IMG/VR virus record: IMGVR_UViG_3300025809_000009
DNA from: an uncultured virus (IMG/VR IMGVR_UViG_3300025809_000009)
Taxonomy: Duplodnaviria; Heunggongvirae; Uroviricota; Caudoviricetes
Direction: 5' to 3' (one strand)
Length of the DNA stretch: 64,000 nucleotides
This document shows positions 1-9,245 of the stretch, in pieces (the stretch's first letter is position 1; each line of letters opens with the position of its first letter). The notes beneath the pieces are model-generated. The model saw only the letters and a program-made list of their open reading frames with translations. It was not told where the DNA came from and made no database searches. Made by a program: the position numbers and the translations under genes.

Positions 1-155
1 TGGATGGGACGAAGTAGGAATGTTCGATCATGAATTTGATTTACCAACATACGGATTCGTTTCTTAAAAAAAAGACTTGACAATATATTACATTCTGATA
101 TACTAGAATACATAAACCAATAATTGCTTAATAACAAACAAAAAAAGATAAAATT

Positions 156-377
156 ATGAGTATTGCGAAAAATGCGAGAGCGAGCCAAGTAATGGCAGAT
201 ATTAAAAGTGGTAAACACACACCTGCGAATAAGCAAGGTAAGTTTGCGAATTATGGATCAGTTGACGAGGATAGTATATACTATTCAACAAAACTATCTC
301 AAAAAGCAGATGCAGTTCGCATTGCACGAGTCGAAGCAAGTCGAGCAAGATTAAGATTGAAAGGAATTTTTATTTAA
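156..377 (+). CDS. hypothetical early phage protein
   Basis: 73-aa ORF downstream of a TTGACA..TATACT promoter. Confidence 0.6.
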   Translation: MSIAKNARASQVMADIKSGKHTPANKQGKFANYGSVDEDSIYYSTKLSQKADAVRIARVEASRARLRLKGIFI

Positions 378-616
378 TGATTAAGTCGCTATCCCCAAAG
401 GTTGGTTTGTTCGCAAGCGAGTCTGAGTTGAGAAACGAGTTGACCGAAAAAGAATATGTTTATCTTAAACTCGCCAAGCTAAATGAATTTGTTGATGATC
501 TTTATCATTGCACACAATATCCAAACAACACAATCATTGATGCTAAAGCCTCATACCAATACATCAATCAAATACGAGAAGACTTGATGAGAATAAATAA
601 AAATACAATTAAATAA
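377..616 (+). CDS. hypothetical protein
   Basis: 79-aa ORF; TAATG overlap with the previous gene. Confidence 0.55.
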   Translation: MIKSLSPKVGLFASESELRNELTEKEYVYLKLAKLNEFVDDLYHCTQYPNNTIIDAKASYQYINQIREDLMRINKNTIK

Positions 617-769
617 CATGAACATAAATATATTTCAACAACCTCAACAATGGACGAACAAGGAGATAGAACATATCTTCGATACTAATTGGAACATTAC
701 ATTAGAACAAATATCACTTCTTACAAATAAAACAATAGAAGAATTAAAAGAATTATTGATGCCAAACTA

Positions 770-940
770 ATGAAATATTTAATATTATTATCTTTTTTAT
801 TTAATAGTTGTTCTGATAAAATATTCACTCCAAACAAACAAATACAATTTACTCATTCTTGCCCCAAGAGTGGTCACGGCCCCTGTTATTTATGTGACTC
901 AGAAAATAATTCAAAAAAGTTCTTGACTTTCAACAAATAA
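770..940 (+). CDS. small putative lipoprotein with Cys/His cluster
   Basis: Manually translated 56 aa, MKYLILLSFLFNSC...CPKSGHGPCYLC; below the ORF-track size cut-off. Confidence 0.4.
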   Translation: MKYLILLSFLFNSCSDKIFTPNKQIQFTHSCPKSGHGPCYLCDSENNSKKFLTFNK

Positions 941-951
941 TAGAGTATAAT
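923..951 (+). promoter_or_regulatory. sigma70 promoter driving the candidate ncRNA
   Basis: TTGACT-17 nt-TATAAT, followed by boxA-like GATCTTTAACA near 994. Confidence 0.7.
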
Positions 952-1039
952 AGATACATAATTAAGAAACAAACTTAATCAAAATAAATAATCGATCTTT
1001 AACATTTTAAAAACTTTGGAGAGGTAGATATACTTCTCC

Positions 1040-1226
1040 TGTGGGTGACTGAGCAAGCTTGTCGTGAGCGAGCTAAGGTACGCAAACTTTCTGTGGTAGA
1101 TTAGCAGAGTCCAATCGGATGAGCTAGAGACAATTCCAAGTCTCGTTTGTGGTGCGAAGTAGGTACTCTATGAACTGATGTTCACGCCGAAAAGTCGAAG
1201 GTATACAGTAATCCTTCCCCACACCA
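1040..1226 (+). ncRNA. candidate structured ncRNA with tRNA-like 3' end
   Basis: GC-richer intergenic stretch; 5' TGTGGG pairs with 3' CCCACA followed by CCA; GAAGG/CCTTC stem just before it; several internal hairpins; bounded by a promoter and a terminator. Confidence 0.55.
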
Positions 1227-1249
1227 TTTTATTTATTATTATTCATGTT

Positions 1250-1287
1250 AAGCCCGATCAAGGTAAATTACTTTGGTCGGGTTTTTT
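1250..1287 (+). terminator. intrinsic terminator
   Basis: AGCCCGATCAAG...CTTTGGTCGGGTT stem followed by a T tract. Confidence 0.7.
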
Positions 1288-1324
1288 GTTTGACAATACC
1301 TACAGATCTGTCATACTAGATATT

Positions 1325-1579
1325 ATGGAAACGATTAAACAAATTCTCACAAACTACGGTTACATCAACTCAGCTCAACTTGCTGAAATCAACGACAACT
1401 TTCCTAATATGAAGGTCGTAATCAAATGGGGTGGAATGCCCCGTGATCGAGTTCCTGTTCATCAAGCAGTAAAACTCATTAAACATATTGAATCAAAAGA
1501 CATTGACTATTGCAGAGAAGTATTCTTTGCATCAGATGAAATGAGTAAGCTTAGAGAAGTATTTCACATTGCACAATAA
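1325..1579 (+). CDS. hypothetical protein (start revised to METIKQ)
   Basis: ATG lies 7 nt after a TTGACA-16-CATACT promoter; the longer track ORF overlaps the ncRNA and terminator. Confidence 0.6.
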   Translation: METIKQILTNYGYINSAQLAEINDNFPNMKVVIKWGGMPRDRVPVHQAVKLIKHIESKDIDYCREVFFASDEMSKLREVFHIAQ

Positions 1580-1597
1580 CCTAACATAAAAAAACAT

Positions 1598-2173
1598 ATG
1601 ATTAATCCAGCAGAAGTAACAAACTATAATAGAACACAATATCAATTAGAAGAATTTATTTTATTTGGTATCAATGTAGCGGGAAAGAAAAGTTCAATCG
1701 AAGCACCTAAATTAGAAGTGTTTATCGAGAGAGCAAAAAACATAACAAAAGAAACATTACCATTTAATTGTATAAGAAAATTGATTGAATTGGGCCGGCT
1801 GCAAGAGATCATGCATTGGGCAAAGCTTAGTCCATACAAGCAAAGATACAATTCTTATGTTGCTGTGTCCAAGATACAAGACCTTCAAACCGTCACCCTG
1901 AACAAACTTTTAGAGGTTGCTGGTATCGGGTTTAAAACGGCAAGGTTCTTTCTTTCTCATAGTCGCGAAGACTTTGACGAGCCGATGCTCGACACACATA
2001 TCTTAAGGTTCCTTCGTGACCAAGGGCATAAGGACGCCCCAAAAAGCACGCCTTCGAACGTCGGCATCTACAACTATTACGCTAATGCATTCAAGATGCA
2101 TGCTCGAACCTTAGGAAAGTCAGTGACTGACCTTGATCTAGAGATTTGGAAGAAGTACTCCAAGACGGTATAG
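1598..2173 (+). CDS. HhH-GPD DNA glycosylase (8-oxoguanine glycosylase-like)
   Basis: HhH motif GIGFKTARFFL with catalytic Lys; LDTHILRFL with catalytic Asp. Confidence 0.75.
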   Translation: MINPAEVTNYNRTQYQLEEFILFGINVAGKKSSIEAPKLEVFIERAKNITKETLPFNCIRKLIELGRLQEIMHWAKLSPYKQRYNSYVAVSKIQDLQTVTLNKLLEVAGIGFKTARFFLSHSREDFDEPMLDTHILRFLRDQGHKDAPKSTPSNVGIYNYYANAFKMHARTLGKSVTDLDLEIWKKYSKTV

Positions 2174-2358
2174 AGTGTTAACAATAATTATCTTGAGCGC
2201 AATCGCAGGCCTTATACAATTCATTAGAGAAGAAAGGGACGACTTCTAAATAACAAACTTATCTTGTTCAAATATCAATAGTAAATAACACAAATATAAG
2301 AGCCAAATATAAGAAGAAAAATAATAAACATAATCAAATTAAAATGACATAAATTACA

Positions 2359-2436
2359 TAAGTTATTGAATAACAACGAGTTGCGTAAAATCCGCCTAGG
2401 CGTTTTTTCATAACTAATTGGCTACTAACGACTTGC
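2359..2436. repeat. paired 25-bp palindromes, 52-bp period (copy 1)
   Basis: TAAGTTATTG-N5-CAACGAGTTG, central CGCCTAGGCG dyad, second unit at 2411. Confidence 0.7.
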
Positions 2437-2591
2437 AATGTTTTAGAAAAAAATGCCCCAACTTCGATGTGTCGATAAAATCTAATTCTATCGACATATA
2501 CGGATTGACCTGTCGATGCCGTCGACATAAATCGGAGAAAAAAATGAAGAAAAGGGTTGACTTGAGGTAAAAACCTGTCATACTTGTATTT

Positions 2592-2990
2592 ATGATCAAG
2601 ACAAAGCCTAACGAAAAAAGATATAAGATTGACTTTGGTAGTCCTGTTTTTGTTTACAAGAATCTTCACAAGAAATGTTGGAGCATCAAGCAAGACGGAT
2701 TAGTTAAAGCTCATGCCAAATTACTAGCAATGCATAGTTGCACTTTCAAGGTTAGCAAAAGTGGGCGAGAAAGAGTTTTAAAAGAACAGCGTAAAAATGT
2801 TCACGCAGGAATCGAGGGCTATGTAGAGAATTGGCAAATGGGCGATTGGAGAGATTCTCATCCCACTGCAAGACCTGTTTCCTATAATCCATATAAGTAT
2901 GAGAATTTTGTTGACAAGGACACGGAACAAATGGTAGACTATGCTATTGCCGTAAGATTAGAACCCAAACAAGTATTAGCAGTATTATGA
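2592..2990 (+). CDS. conserved hypothetical phage protein
   Basis: 132 aa with VYKNLHKKCWSIK and YNPYK motifs typical of phage early proteins; own promoter. Confidence 0.7.
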   Translation: MIKTKPNEKRYKIDFGSPVFVYKNLHKKCWSIKQDGLVKAHAKLLAMHSCTFKVSKSGRERVLKEQRKNVHAGIEGYVENWQMGDWRDSHPTARPVSYNPYKYENFVDKDTEQMVDYAIAVRLEPKQVLAVL

Positions 2991-3138
2991 ATGAAACACA
3001 AACAACCAAAACACAACTCCTAAAGGAAATCCAAGAGAACCTTCCTATTTTATCATCACCTGAGCTTATTAAAATCTTTGAGATGATTTTTGGACAAGGC
3101 GAAGAAGATATCTATTCAGTAGATTGGAGTAAGTAATT

Positions 3139-3372
3139 ATGACACAAGCAAAGATAAGACAAACCATCATGGACATCGTCCGGGGAGAAATGGCATACGC
3201 AGATCCAATGTCCAAGGTATGCTTGGAGCAGAACGAGCGTCATCCCGAAAAGTTTCCACTTGGAAGTACATTTCAATCAGCCGAAGAAGTTTTGGAGGAT
3301 ATCGTTTTAAGCTTGACCTCATTGCAGAATGAGCTTAGAATAGAGTCTTCTTTTCAATCAGCACAACTCTAA
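3139..3372 (+). CDS. hypothetical protein
   Basis: 77-aa ORF with GGAG upstream. Confidence 0.55.
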   Translation: MTQAKIRQTIMDIVRGEMAYADPMSKVCLEQNERHPEKFPLGSTFQSAEEVLEDIVLSLTSLQNELRIESSFQSAQL

Positions 3373-3388
3373 CAACAAGGAAAAAATT

Positions 3389-3817
3389 ATGGGATTAGAT
3401 CAATACGCATACTCACGACCACCACGCAAACGCAACTCAGATAATGATATTCAAATTGCAGAATGGCGAAAGCACAATCGCTTGCAAGGATGGATGCAAG
3501 ACCTTTGGGAAAGCAAGGGTTGCCCAAACGAAGACAAACATGGTGACGATGACGATGCCGAAGTTCTTTTTAATTGCGTTCCCTTGCAATTAACGGAAGA
3601 AGATATTAATTCTCTTGAAGATGCGATTCTTAATTTCGAGCTTCCCGAATCAAATGGATTCTTTTGGGGTTCTGATTCTTATTTTTGGACTGACGAAAAC
3701 GATGAACCTCATTCCGATAACGATTATTGGTACAAAGAAAGCGATTTGCAATTTGTCAAGGATGCTCGCAAGGCACTAAAAAAGAAACACAGAATTTTTT
3801 ACTCTTGTTGGTATTAA
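3389..3817 (+). CDS. conserved hypothetical phage protein (MGLDQY / WRKHN type)
   Basis: MGLDQY, WRKHNRLQGWM, GFFWG and C-terminal YSCWY pattern; AAGG RBS. Confidence 0.7.
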   Translation: MGLDQYAYSRPPRKRNSDNDIQIAEWRKHNRLQGWMQDLWESKGCPNEDKHGDDDDAEVLFNCVPLQLTEEDINSLEDAILNFELPESNGFFWGSDSYFWTDENDEPHSDNDYWYKESDLQFVKDARKALKKKHRIFYSCWY

Positions 3818-3855
3818 TGCTTGACTTTTACTGAAAATCTGACAAACTATACATT

Positions 3856-4059
3856 ATGAGCATGACACTAGACACACCACAACAAATTAACGCATTCCGA
3901 TTAAGAACTATCGCAAGAGGAATAAAGCTAGAAATGAGAGGACTAAAGATGTCGAGAGGCAAATCTTGCTATTCGATTGCGAAATCAGAATTTGGTTTTA
4001 AAGGCAATCGGCAGTCCGTTCTCGATCAACTTCTCAACAAAATGGAGGGATTAAAATAA
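3856..4059 (+). CDS. hypothetical protein
   Basis: 67 aa, basic; follows a TTGACT-16-CAAACT promoter. Confidence 0.6.
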   Translation: MSMTLDTPQQINAFRLRTIARGIKLEMRGLKMSRGKSCYSIAKSEFGFKGNRQSVLDQLLNKMEGLK

Positions 4060-4061
4060 TT

Positions 4062-4262
4062 ATGAATAACTACATCGAAGCAGTATGCGAAGGCAAACCT
4101 CTTGACCTTCCAAGTTTTAACGAAGACTCCGAGCAATGGGAATTGTATTTCGAGGAGTCGCCAACATCGTGGCATCCATATAGTCAAAGAGATTTAATAG
4201 CAGTTAGTTTTGACTCAGCAGATCAAGCGTGCAACGCATACAACCACTACAACCAAGGATAA
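4062..4262 (+). CDS. hypothetical protein
   Basis: 66-aa acidic ORF in the operon. Confidence 0.55.
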   Translation: MNNYIEAVCEGKPLDLPSFNEDSEQWELYFEESPTSWHPYSQRDLIAVSFDSADQACNAYNHYNQG

Positions 4263-4266
4263 GAAA

Positions 4267-4431
4267 ATGAATACAACAAGAATCGCAACTCTTCGCACTA
4301 AAATTCGTAACATGGGTTACGCTCTTGCTCAAGCAGAAATGCGTGGGCTTGGAGGCAAAGGTTTATTCTCTCAAAAACTTGCACATAATTTGCTCCTTAG
4401 TGAGCTTTATTTGCTCGAAAAAAGAGTTTAG
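4267..4431 (+). CDS. hypothetical protein (start revised to MNTTRI)
   Basis: First in-frame ATG after the previous stop. Confidence 0.5.
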   Translation: MNTTRIATLRTKIRNMGYALAQAEMRGLGGKGLFSQKLAHNLLLSELYLLEKRV

Positions 4432-4439
4432 TTAACTTG

Positions 4440-4516
4440 GGACCCGTAGCTCAGTTGGTTAGAGCGTCCGACTCATAATCGGAGGGTCCTCGGTTCAAGC
4501 CCGAGCGGGTCCACCA
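4440..4516 (+). tRNA. tRNA with CAT anticodon (probably Ile2/lysidine type; elongator Met not excluded)
   Basis: Full cloverleaf: GGACCCG/CGGGTCC acceptor stem, TAGCTCAGTTGGTTAGAGC D arm, CTCATAA anticodon loop, GGTTCAAG T loop, encoded CCA; C4 and C5 as in Ile2. Confidence 0.92.
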
Positions 4517-4524
4517 AGCTTACC

Positions 4525-4602
4525 TAAATCACTTACCACCAAGGACTTACGCAAAAAAGTCCTGGGCGGTTTTTCCTAAGTCATTGATATTCATATACTT
4601 AC
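4525..4602. repeat. paired palindromes, 52-bp period (copy 2)
   Basis: Units start at 4525 and 4577 around a CCTGGG centre. Confidence 0.65.
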
Positions 4603-4802
4603 AACTATTTTAATTTTATGAAAAAAAAGGGTTGACATGACATCATTTTCTGTCATACTAGTATACATCAAGACGATAACTGAACTTAAAAAAAATTAGT
4701 CGAAACAAAAAAAACTTAATCGAAGAAAAAAAAGCTTGACAAAAACCAAAAACTTTCGTATAATTAAATCTTACAAAGCGATAAACCAAAACTAAAAAAA
4801 CT

Positions 4803-5540
4803 ATGAATAAAAAAATTGATCTCTCCGTATGTGGCACAAAAAGAATTGACTTTAGCGAAGTAAAGTCCGTAAAGACTCCCGAAAAGACTGAGTCTTGGCA
4901 ACCAATCGGTCATGCGTTCCTTGTTGATCGTGTGCAAAACCAAATCCAAGAAAATGGTTGGGAAATTGTAGACACTTACCATTCTCTTCACCGATTCGGT
5001 CAGCGTTACTTCGGTCTCTTCCATGTCAAGAACACAGGTTCCGATGTTGATGATCGTGGCACAGTTCTCGGTCTTCGCAACTCGCACGACAAATGCTTTC
5101 CAGCAGGTTTGTGCATGGGCAACGCTCCATTTGTTTGCTCGAACCTTATCTTCACCAACGAAGTGACTCTTGCAAGAAGGCACACAAAAAACATTTTGAC
5201 TGACTTGTCTCAAGTTATCGCTCGCACTCTCGGCAAGATGACTGAGACATGGGCAAGCGATGAGAAACGCATCGAAGCGTACAAAGAGTACGAACTCGGC
5301 AACGAGCAAGCCCATGACCTTGTTATCCGTGCTTTTCAAAATGGTGCGATCAGCAAAGGCAAAATCGCTGATGTAGTTGAGCAATGGCACAAACCCGAAC
5401 ATGATGACTTTTCTCCTCGGAATATGCACTCATTGTATAACGGCTTCACTCATGTTCTTAAAGGTGGAGTTCATGCCTTACCAAATCGTTCTCTCGCATT
5501 GCATGGTGTTCTTGACTCTGAAGTCGCACTTGTAAAGTAA
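4803..5540 (+). CDS. DUF932-like phage/plasmid protein
   Basis: LRNSHDK, FVCSN, RRHTK and SLYNGFTH motifs. Confidence 0.7.
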   Translation: MNKKIDLSVCGTKRIDFSEVKSVKTPEKTESWQPIGHAFLVDRVQNQIQENGWEIVDTYHSLHRFGQRYFGLFHVKNTGSDVDDRGTVLGLRNSHDKCFPAGLCMGNAPFVCSNLIFTNEVTLARRHTKNILTDLSQVIARTLGKMTETWASDEKRIEAYKEYELGNEQAHDLVIRAFQNGAISKGKIADVVEQWHKPEHDDFSPRNMHSLYNGFTHVLKGGVHALPNRSLALHGVLDSEVALVK

Positions 5541-5587
5541 TCATTCTTAATCACAAACCAAACATAAACCTAACAAAAATTAAAATT

Positions 5588-5824
5588 ATGAAAAATCAAG
5601 CAAAACTCAAAAATGTAGTTGATAGTCTCAAAGGACGATTCGTTTCTCTTCTAGTTAAACAAGGGGAGCAACGCAAGGTCTTCTCGGCAAAAGTCAAGAG
5701 TGTTACTGCTCGCCATGTAATGTTTTCGGACATGAATGGAGCGAATCGTCGAGTCAATCGTCGCCATGTTCTTCGAGCGACTTGTGCAGATAAATCCTTT
5801 AAAAGGTCAGTGAGTCTAGGTTAA
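5588..5824 (+). CDS. hypothetical basic protein
   Basis: 78-aa ORF followed by a terminator. Confidence 0.6.
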   Translation: MKNQAKLKNVVDSLKGRFVSLLVKQGEQRKVFSAKVKSVTARHVMFSDMNGANRRVNRRHVLRATCADKSFKRSVSLG

Positions 5825-5858
5825 TTAGTCAATCTGCGTAGCGGAAAGATTAATGATT

Positions 5859-5882
5859 GCCCCCCGATTGGGGGGCTTTTTT
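5859..5882 (+). terminator. intrinsic terminator
   Basis: GCCCCCC-GATT-GGGGGGC followed by T6. Confidence 0.85.
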
Positions 5883-5903
5883 GTGCCCACATTTATTATT
5901 GCA

Positions 5904-5981
5904 TAAGTCGTTGAGGTTCAAGAGGTTAGGGAAAACCGGCCTAGGCTTTTTTGCGTAAGTCGTTGATAGTTAACGAGTAAC
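5904..5981. repeat. paired palindromes, 52-bp period (copy 3)
   Basis: TAAGTCGTTG at 5904 and 5956; GCCTAGGC centre. Confidence 0.75.
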
Positions 5982-6051
5982 GTCATAAAGTTTTTTTAAT
6001 TTTATTAATTTTAGGGTTGACTTACCTCTATATGATGTCATAATTATACTT

Positions 6052-6213
6052 ATGAAAGACGAACAAGCAAAGCAAAGAATGAAACAATTTCAAGAACTTC
6101 CCTCTAATACTATTTCATGGGAAACTTTCAAGAGATTGCTCGGACAATTCGGTACAGAAAAAGGAATCGAAAAAGCAAAAAACATTATTAAAAAGCTTGA
6201 CAGAAGCAACTAA
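6052..6213 (+). CDS. small hypothetical protein (53 aa)
   Basis: Manually translated MKDEQAKQRM...; ATG 7 nt after TTGACT-16-CATAAT. Confidence 0.5.
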   Translation: MKDEQAKQRMKQFQELPSNTISWETFKRLLGQFGTEKGIEKAKNIIKKLDRSN

Positions 6214-6231
6214 TTCAACCATAATTAAGAC

Positions 6232-6975
6232 ATGATTAAAACAACACTTCTCACATCAGGTAATCAAAAAATTCTCAAAGGAGAAAAACTCGGTTACATC
6301 ACAAAAGGAATCCACTTAGCTCCAGCAAATCTTTCGGGCTACGAAACTTGCCAATGGCGTTCCAAAGGTTGCACAATGTCTTGCTTGAATACGGCAGGTC
6401 GTGGTCAAATGGGATCTGTTCAAGATTCACGCATCAACAAAACAAAGTTGTTCTTTGAAAAGCAATTTGACTTTCTCGCAAAACTATCGAAAGAAATTAC
6501 TTCCTCAATTAAGTCGGCACAAAAGAAAAGTATGGAAGCTGTCTTTCGTCCTAATCTTACAAGCGACATCATGTGGGAGTCAGTATTTTTTGATGAAGAA
6601 AAGCCTCAAACAATTTTTGATAAGTTTCCCCAAACTAAGTTTTATGATTATACTAAATCATTTAAAAGAATGTGTTCTTTTCTCGACAAGCCTTTCATTA
6701 AGGGCGAGGCAAAGTTTCCCTCTAATTATCATTTAACTTTTTCTCGATCAGAGAATAATGACAAAAAGTGTGAGATGGTTCTTTTAATGGGTGGCAATGT
6801 TGCCGTTGTATTTCGCAATCAATTACCCAAAACATGGAAAGGTTTTGAGGTCGTCAATGGTGATGAAACTGACTTGCGTTTTCTTGACAAGAAAGGTGTG
6901 GTCGTTGGCTTGATCGAGAAAGGTATGGCAAAGAAAGACGCAACAGGATTTGTAGTAGAAGGGATAGACTCATGA
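6232..6975 (+). CDS. GP88-like phage protein
   Basis: LAPA...C...C...CL..AGRG, RPNLTSDI, FYDYTK, YHLTFSRSE and GDETDLRFLD motifs. Confidence 0.75.
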   Translation: MIKTTLLTSGNQKILKGEKLGYITKGIHLAPANLSGYETCQWRSKGCTMSCLNTAGRGQMGSVQDSRINKTKLFFEKQFDFLAKLSKEITSSIKSAQKKSMEAVFRPNLTSDIMWESVFFDEEKPQTIFDKFPQTKFYDYTKSFKRMCSFLDKPFIKGEAKFPSNYHLTFSRSENNDKKCEMVLLMGGNVAVVFRNQLPKTWKGFEVVNGDETDLRFLDKKGVVVGLIEKGMAKKDATGFVVEGIDS

Positions 6976-7219
6976 GTGAAGCATATTACGAATCAGCCGA
7001 AGATTTAATGATTAGCCAAGCAAGAGCGTTTGAAGAACTCTCAAAGCATGGTTGCCAAGATATTCACCAATTCATTTTAGACATGGGTGACAAAGAAGAG
7101 TATAATGCACAAAAAGTGTTAGAATGGTTAGGGTACTGATATGATTAAAGTATTATTATTTACATCAATTTTATTAACCTTTAGTGCATATATTTTATTA
7201 TGCATTTATGCAGATGTTA

Positions 7220-7297
7220 TAAACGCTTGGTTATGAACTAGTTAGGGCAAAAAGCCCTGGGCGATTTCGCGCAAGTCATTGAACATCAAGAGCTTAC
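7220..7297. repeat. paired palindromes, 52-bp period (copy 4, degenerate)
   Basis: Units at 7220 and 7272; GCCCTGGGC centre. Confidence 0.6.
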
Positions 7298-7361
7298 AAC
7301 TATTTTTATTTTTTTTTCATTTAGGGGTTGACTTTGGTTGAGATTCTGACATACTGATACT

Positions 7362-7465
7362 TACCAACACGATCAAACTAATCTGCAAATTAGTGGTGAT
7401 TAGGAGAGGTGCGGATTGCAGTCCTAACTATCCTCTTGTGGGTTCGACTCCCTCCGTGTTTGGTA
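7362..7465 (+). ncRNA. tRNA-like small RNA or degenerate tRNA-Cys
   Basis: Starts at the predicted TSS of TTGACT-16-CATACT (7328-7355); closing stem TACCAACACG/CGTGTTTGGTA; T arm GGGTTCGACTCCC; GCGGATTGCA as in tRNA-Cys; no canonical D arm or CCA. Confidence 0.5.
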
Positions 7466-7529
7466 TCATTTTATTATTCACTAGAAAAAAACACTTGACT
7501 TCACAAAAAATTCTGTCATACTAATACTT

Positions 7530-7655
7530 ATGAAAGCGAAAAAGATAAAGCTCAGACATCAAATCCTTTTCACTAAGGCTCGACCCTTCAAGATGAAAAA
7601 CAAAATTCTTGATAGGAAACTAAAACACAAAACAAAATTAAACTATGTATCTTAA
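7530..7655 (+). CDS. 41-aa very basic peptide with RKxKHK motif
   Basis: Manually translated; ATG 7 nt after TTGACT-16-CATACT. Confidence 0.5.
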   Translation: MKAKKIKLRHQILFTKARPFKMKNKILDRKLKHKTKLNYVS

Positions 7656-7887
7656 TGACCCAAACCACTTGCAAGTTCAGGATGTTGACTCGCTAGAAGC
7701 AAACGAATTAGTTATGGCATTCATTCACGACAACATGATCGAACCAATGACCGACAAGAATATGCTTGACAACGATCAGCTTTCAATGTTGAATGTTATT
7801 GGTGGAGCATTAAAGGCTATTGCACAAAAAGCACACGCTTATGAAACTCTAACCGAATCACAAGACTCATCTCATTATCGCAACTAA
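7645..7887 (+). CDS. hypothetical protein
   Basis: 80-aa ORF. Confidence 0.55.
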   Translation: MYLNDPNHLQVQDVDSLEANELVMAFIHDNMIEPMTDKNMLDNDQLSMLNVIGGALKAIAQKAHAYETLTESQDSSHYRN

Positions 7888-8088
7888 ATGAACGAAAAAA
7901 AACATCTAATTACCAAAAGCAACGATGGTTGCGTAATAATTATTAAAGCCAAGAAGAAGACCGAGCAAACAGATGTGTTCATTTCCAACTCAACATTTAA
8001 AAAGAACATTGAAAGCAATACATTTGTTAAGCACGCACATTTAACCTATAACGACAATCCAATCTACATTTACCACGAAGACCTTTAA
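7888..8088 (+). CDS. hypothetical protein
   Basis: 66-aa ORF abutting the previous stop. Confidence 0.5.
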   Translation: MNEKKHLITKSNDGCVIIIKAKKKTEQTDVFISNSTFKKNIESNTFVKHAHLTYNDNPIYIYHEDL

Positions 8089-8091
8089 ACT

Positions 8092-8322
8092 ATGCAAGAC
8101 AATAAAGATATGAGCTATAACGGATGGAGTAACCGAGAAACTTGGAACATAGCATTATGGATCCAAAACAATGAATATTATTATGCAACCGCAAAGAAGT
8201 GCGGAGACTATGAAACCTTTAAGAGGGTCGTGTCAGATGAGGAAACTCTTGACGGAGTCAGATGGGACGATGCACTTGTAAATATTGAAGAGATAAACAC
8301 CGAAGTAATCAACGAACTATGA
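8092..8322 (+). CDS. conserved phage protein (YNGWxNxETW type)
   Basis: YNGWSNRETWNIALWIQN motif common in phage early regions. Confidence 0.7.
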   Translation: MQDNKDMSYNGWSNRETWNIALWIQNNEYYYATAKKCGDYETFKRVVSDEETLDGVRWDDALVNIEEINTEVINEL

Positions 8323-8582
8323 AAAAAAGAACTTACCAAGTATTAAAGAGCGGAAAAGCAATGGGAATCATTGGCAACCTCGATTACATCATCAATGTAA
8401 TCCGAAATCTAGAATCAAACCTTGACAGAGCAATAACTCACTCGCCTTTTACTATTGGCTTGATAATGGAATAGCCAAACTTAAAAGTTAAATAGGTTAA
8501 ATACAAATACAGTTTTCCGGACCCCAAATACAAAAAAGCCAAATATAAATACAGTAAATAATAGAATAGTACAATAATTACA

Positions 8583-8709
8583 TAAGTCGTTGATTATTAA
8601 CATTTTATAAAAAGCCCTAGGCAGTTTTCCCTAAGTGATTGAGTATCAACGAGTTATGAAAAAACTCCCTGGGCTTTTTGCCCTAAGTCGTTGAGTATCA
8701 ATACTTTAT
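8583..8709. repeat. triple palindrome cluster at the convergence of the two early arms
   Basis: TAAGTCGTTG/TAAGTGATTG units at 8583, 8632 and 8684. Confidence 0.75.
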
Positions 8710-8721
8710 GAGAAAAAGAAT

Positions 8722-8751
8722 GGTCAACCCGCGAACTCTCACGGGTTGACC
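8722..8751. terminator. hairpin between convergent transcription units
   Basis: GGTCAACCCG/CGGGTTGACC perfect 10-bp stem. Confidence 0.55.
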
Positions 8752-8898
8752 TATCGCCCTAAAGAATTAACGCAACAAACAAAATCGGTGATATTATTAT
8801 GCAACTTATTTCTAGTATTATCATTAATCTTCTTTTTCCGTTAAAGCTTTGACTAATCCTATTAATCCACTTACGACCATAATTGTTAGTATATCCAC

Positions 8899-9207
8899 TT
8901 ATGCAATTGAATTATTGTCTTCAAAGATTTCCCTCATTAATGGGCTAACTGCTTGCATATCTCGCAAGTTTTCATCATTATCGAAGTCTTCTTCATCGTC
9001 TGCCCTGTCGTGACTAGATGCCAATTCTGAAACCTCGTCTGTGATTTCTCGCTTTGATACATCAAGCAAACCATGCTCAAGGATTAAGTCTTCAGCCAAC
9101 TTTTCAGCTTTCAAGTCTTCGATCTGAAGAGAAAGAGAAGCTGAGACTTGTGCGTTATTATTTGCAACTGCGTTGCGTATTAGTTCGATTCTTTCGAGTT
9201 CTGTCAT
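8899..9207 (-). CDS. hypothetical acidic protein
   Basis: 102-aa ORF. Confidence 0.6.
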   Translation of the reverse strand: MTELERIELIRNAVANNNAQVSASLSLQIEDLKAEKLAEDLILEHGLLDVSKREITDEVSELASSHDRADDEEDFDNDENLRDMQAVSPLMREIFEDNNSIA

Positions 9208-9245
9208 AATTGTATTTTAGTTAATTTAATTGATTGAGTCAAGCC

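Noticed and set aside
4588..4599. 11/12 match (TATTCATATACT) to putative guide TATGCATATACT
   Set aside because: Short and AT-rich, with the mismatch in the presumed seed; expected by chance
4764..5429. 221-aa minus-strand ORF and other antisense ORFs (e.g. 32268-32678, 49838-50359, 63377-63727)
   Set aside because: Shadows of well-supported genes on the opposite strand, with no motifs
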